From assembly GCF_030144855.1 (NCBI RefSeq), contig NC_082714.1, positions 94,364,001 to 94,428,000 of the forward strand: a DNA stretch of 64,000 nucleotides, read 5' to 3'. This document shows, in pieces, positions 61,742 to 64,000 of the stretch. The first letter of the stretch is position 1; each line of letters begins with the position of its first letter. A program made the translations under genes and the position numbers. The DNA comes from Hypanus sabinus (taxonomy: Eukaryota). The notes beneath the pieces were generated by a model. The model made no database searches and was not told where the DNA came from. It saw nothing but the letters and a program-made list of their open reading frames with translations.

Positions 61742-62084
61742 GTATCCAGCCAGACTCAGTCCTCAATCAGACCCAGATATGGAGTCCTGTCTCCACTGGT
61801 CAAACATTCCGATTAGAGTGTCGGATGCAGAACGGTAATGTTGGAAGTTACGACATGGGCTTGTACCGAAAGCATCCTGGAGAGAGACCGAAGCTGGTGT
61901 TCCTACATACTACGGGCAATGGAATATATCGAGGGGCAGAGATAACAAACCGTTTCCAACCGTCCAAAGACACGTCCAGCAACAGTCACATCTTGATGAT
62001 CGGCAACTTCGAGTCCCGTGACTTACTGTGGAATGTGAGGTGATGCATACATCTACAGTGCAGACTCTATCCTGGAAATAAAGA
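61742..62084 (+). pseudogene. IGL: Ig light chain cluster 2, germline-joined VJ exon (type I/lambda-2), disabled; leader and C exon not found
   Basis: Acceptor TTACTGCAG|, donor AAGA|GTAAGT. Reads SVLNQTQIWSPVSTGQTFRLECRMQNGNVGSYDMGLYRKHPGERPKLVFLHTTGNGIYRGAEITNRFQPSKDTSSNSHILMIGNFESRD/(11-nt deletion)YCGM*GDAYIYSADSILEIK. The conserved Trp is Leu, there is a TGA stop, and FG is YS. Confidence 0.9.
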
Positions 62085-63155
62085 GTAAGTGACTCCTTCA
62101 TTCTGTTGTAAACAATTCCTATTTCAGTTACTCTCATTCCCCACAGATGGATAAAGCGCCGTCCAAGAAACGCTGATCATATATGTGCATTGCAGGAGTT
62201 TCAATCCGTCCCAGTTTGGTACCGGAGGCAATTCATCCCAAATCAATCCGAACAATGAAAATCCTGATCACTTCACGTGCGAACACATTTTTTGGACAGT
62301 TTTGATCCACCTCAGTTGTTGCACAGAATTGTGTATCTTCCGACGTCCCTTCTCTTTAACACAATGAGCCCCGTGCAATTTATCATTAGCATTGGTTTAT
62401 TATTGCCAGTTTTAGAAGATACAATAAAAAAGCTTGACTTGCATACTGTCCGTACAGTGCATTGAGGTGTATTTAATAGCAATACAGAATATAACCAAAC
62501 GGGTTTGTGCAGCCTCCCTGTGTAATTTAATTGTGTAGTGATTTCCGCTTTTGTAAGCAATCAGAATGTTTAATAATTTCAGAATTAATGTTCTGCGGCA
62601 TTGTCCTCTGTGTGCTGCATCTCAGCTGCCGCTGTTCGAATTGAAAGAGCGCTCCCATGCTGTCAGTGAACGTTGTGTATTACAACTTTTAATAAGGAGG
62701 AAACAGGGGCGTGTTTGTCGTGGCCTGGCTTTACTCGGCTGTGCGCAGTGCGTTGGGGGCGTAGTGGATTTGTGATTGATACTGTGCCTTCTAGGAGCCC
62801 AATCAGAATTACAGTCCAATCCACTAAGGCATCTCAATTCGGCCTTCCGATCTCCGAATCGTATGTGGGCCTCATCGGACATCTCTCAACTCCCGCCATC
62901 ACTGAGGCCTCTCCTTCGTCGTCTTGCACCTCCCCTCTTTATATCCAATCATCCCTATGTAAGGGAGGCCAACATTCTCACTGCCTGTTAGCCACATTCT
63001 TACCACCAATGGGAGTGTTACTCTGTAAAATTATTTCCCCGTGACTTGGCAGTTCACCTCATCCGAGGTCGTGGGTTGCCTTAGTTTCTCCAAAACGACC
63101 AACGGCCTCATTTCCAGCCCGGACACCAACAAGCCCAAACCCTCCGCCACTTCCT

Positions 63156-63240
<85 letters not shown>
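62085..63240 (+). repeat. Non-coding paralogue of light-chain cluster 1 (J-C intron start fused to 3' flank)
   Basis: 62085-62460 aligns with 7071-7400, and 62480-63240 aligns with 9315-9985, including the terminal (CA)n. Confidence 0.85.
63158..63238 (+). repeat. (CA)n microsatellite
   Basis: Direct reading. Confidence 0.95.
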
Positions 63241-63493
63241 CCTAACCAACTTTCCTGAAACACGACACCTTAGTTTCTGTAACTTATCGTTATCTTCAGC
63301 TCAAAGTAAATTTGTTATCGAAGTACCTCTACGTCATCAGAAACAACTCTGAGGTTTGTTTACTTACAGGTATTCAAAGTAAAAACAAAAGTAAAAGAAA
63401 GCAATGAAAAGCTACACACAAACAAAAACTGGCAAAAAATGTGCAAAAAAGACGACGAACGGCAAATAAAGATTTAGATAGAAAGATAGAGAG

Positions 63494-63701
63494 NNNNNNN
63501 NNNNNNNNNNNNNNNNNNNNNNNNNNNNNNNNNNNNNNNNNNNNNNNNNNNNNNNNNNNNNNNNNNNNNNNNNNNNNNNNNNNNNNNNNNNNNNNNNNNN
63601 NNNNNNNNNNNNNNNNNNNNNNNNNNNNNNNNNNNNNNNNNNNNNNNNNNNNNNNNNNNNNNNNNNNNNNNNNNNNNNNNNNNNNNNNNNNNNNNNNNNN
63701 N
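63494..63701. other. Assembly gap (N run)
   Basis: Direct reading. Confidence 1.
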
Positions 63702-64000
63702 TAAGAGGTGTTGATCGTGTGGATATTCAACGGCTTTTTGCCAGGGCTGAAATGGTTGCCACAAGAGGACACACGTTTAAGGTGCTGGGGAGTAGGTACA
63801 GAGGAGATGTCAGGGATAACTCTTTTACTCAAAGAGCGGTAAATGCATGGAATAGGCTGTCGGCAAAGGTGGTGGAGGCGGATACGATAGGGTATTTTAA
63901 GAGACGTTTGGATAGGTACATGGAGCTTAGAAAAATAGAGGACTATAGGTAAGCCTAGTAATTTCTCGGGTAGGGACATGTTCAGCACAAACCTGAGGGC
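63702..64000 (+). mobile_element. CR1-type LINE 3' fragment
   Basis: RGHTFKVLGSRYRGDVR..SFTQRAVNAWNRL..KVVEADTIG.FKRRLDRYM. Confidence 0.85.

Noticed and set aside
1-64000. CRISPR arrays, rRNA, genuine tRNA genes or prokaryotic defence systems
   Set aside because: No repeat-spacer arrays were seen, and the tRNA-like stretches are SINE heads. The window is intron-containing vertebrate DNA.

Overview
Vertebrate genomic DNA, not prokaryotic. The repeat content (CR1-type LINE tails, V-SINEs, Penelope-derived elements, Tc1/mariner MITEs) and the Ig genes point to a cartilaginous fish, probably a batoid ray (inference). Most of the short ORFs in the track are spurious or transposon-derived. The non-repeat content is an immune-receptor locus with four pre-joined V-J type Ig domains, and I found no recombination signal sequences. 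(1) A complete but disabled leader-VJ-C light-chain cluster of the elasmobranch type I (NS5/sigma-cart/lambda-2) class lies at 6557-9272 (+). (2) A second disabled copy at 61742-62084 (+) has lost its C exon. (3) Between them is an apparently intact, spliced, non-rearranging leader-VJ-C1-TM(Arg)-short-tail gene of about 275 aa at 51860-54415 (-), built like a single TCR chain with an NKp30-like transmembrane segment. (4) A frameshifted paralogue of gene 3 lies on the + strand (VJ exon 24630-24941, C1 exon from 32757), split by a chromovirus LTR retrotransposon, so the two VJ-C1 genes converge. Other elements: two Gmr1-type Gypsy remnants, a solo LTR, fossil Penelope-type minimal hammerhead ribozymes, a self-priming Tf1/sushi-type primer site, and three assembly gaps. 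All alignments and translations were done by eye.
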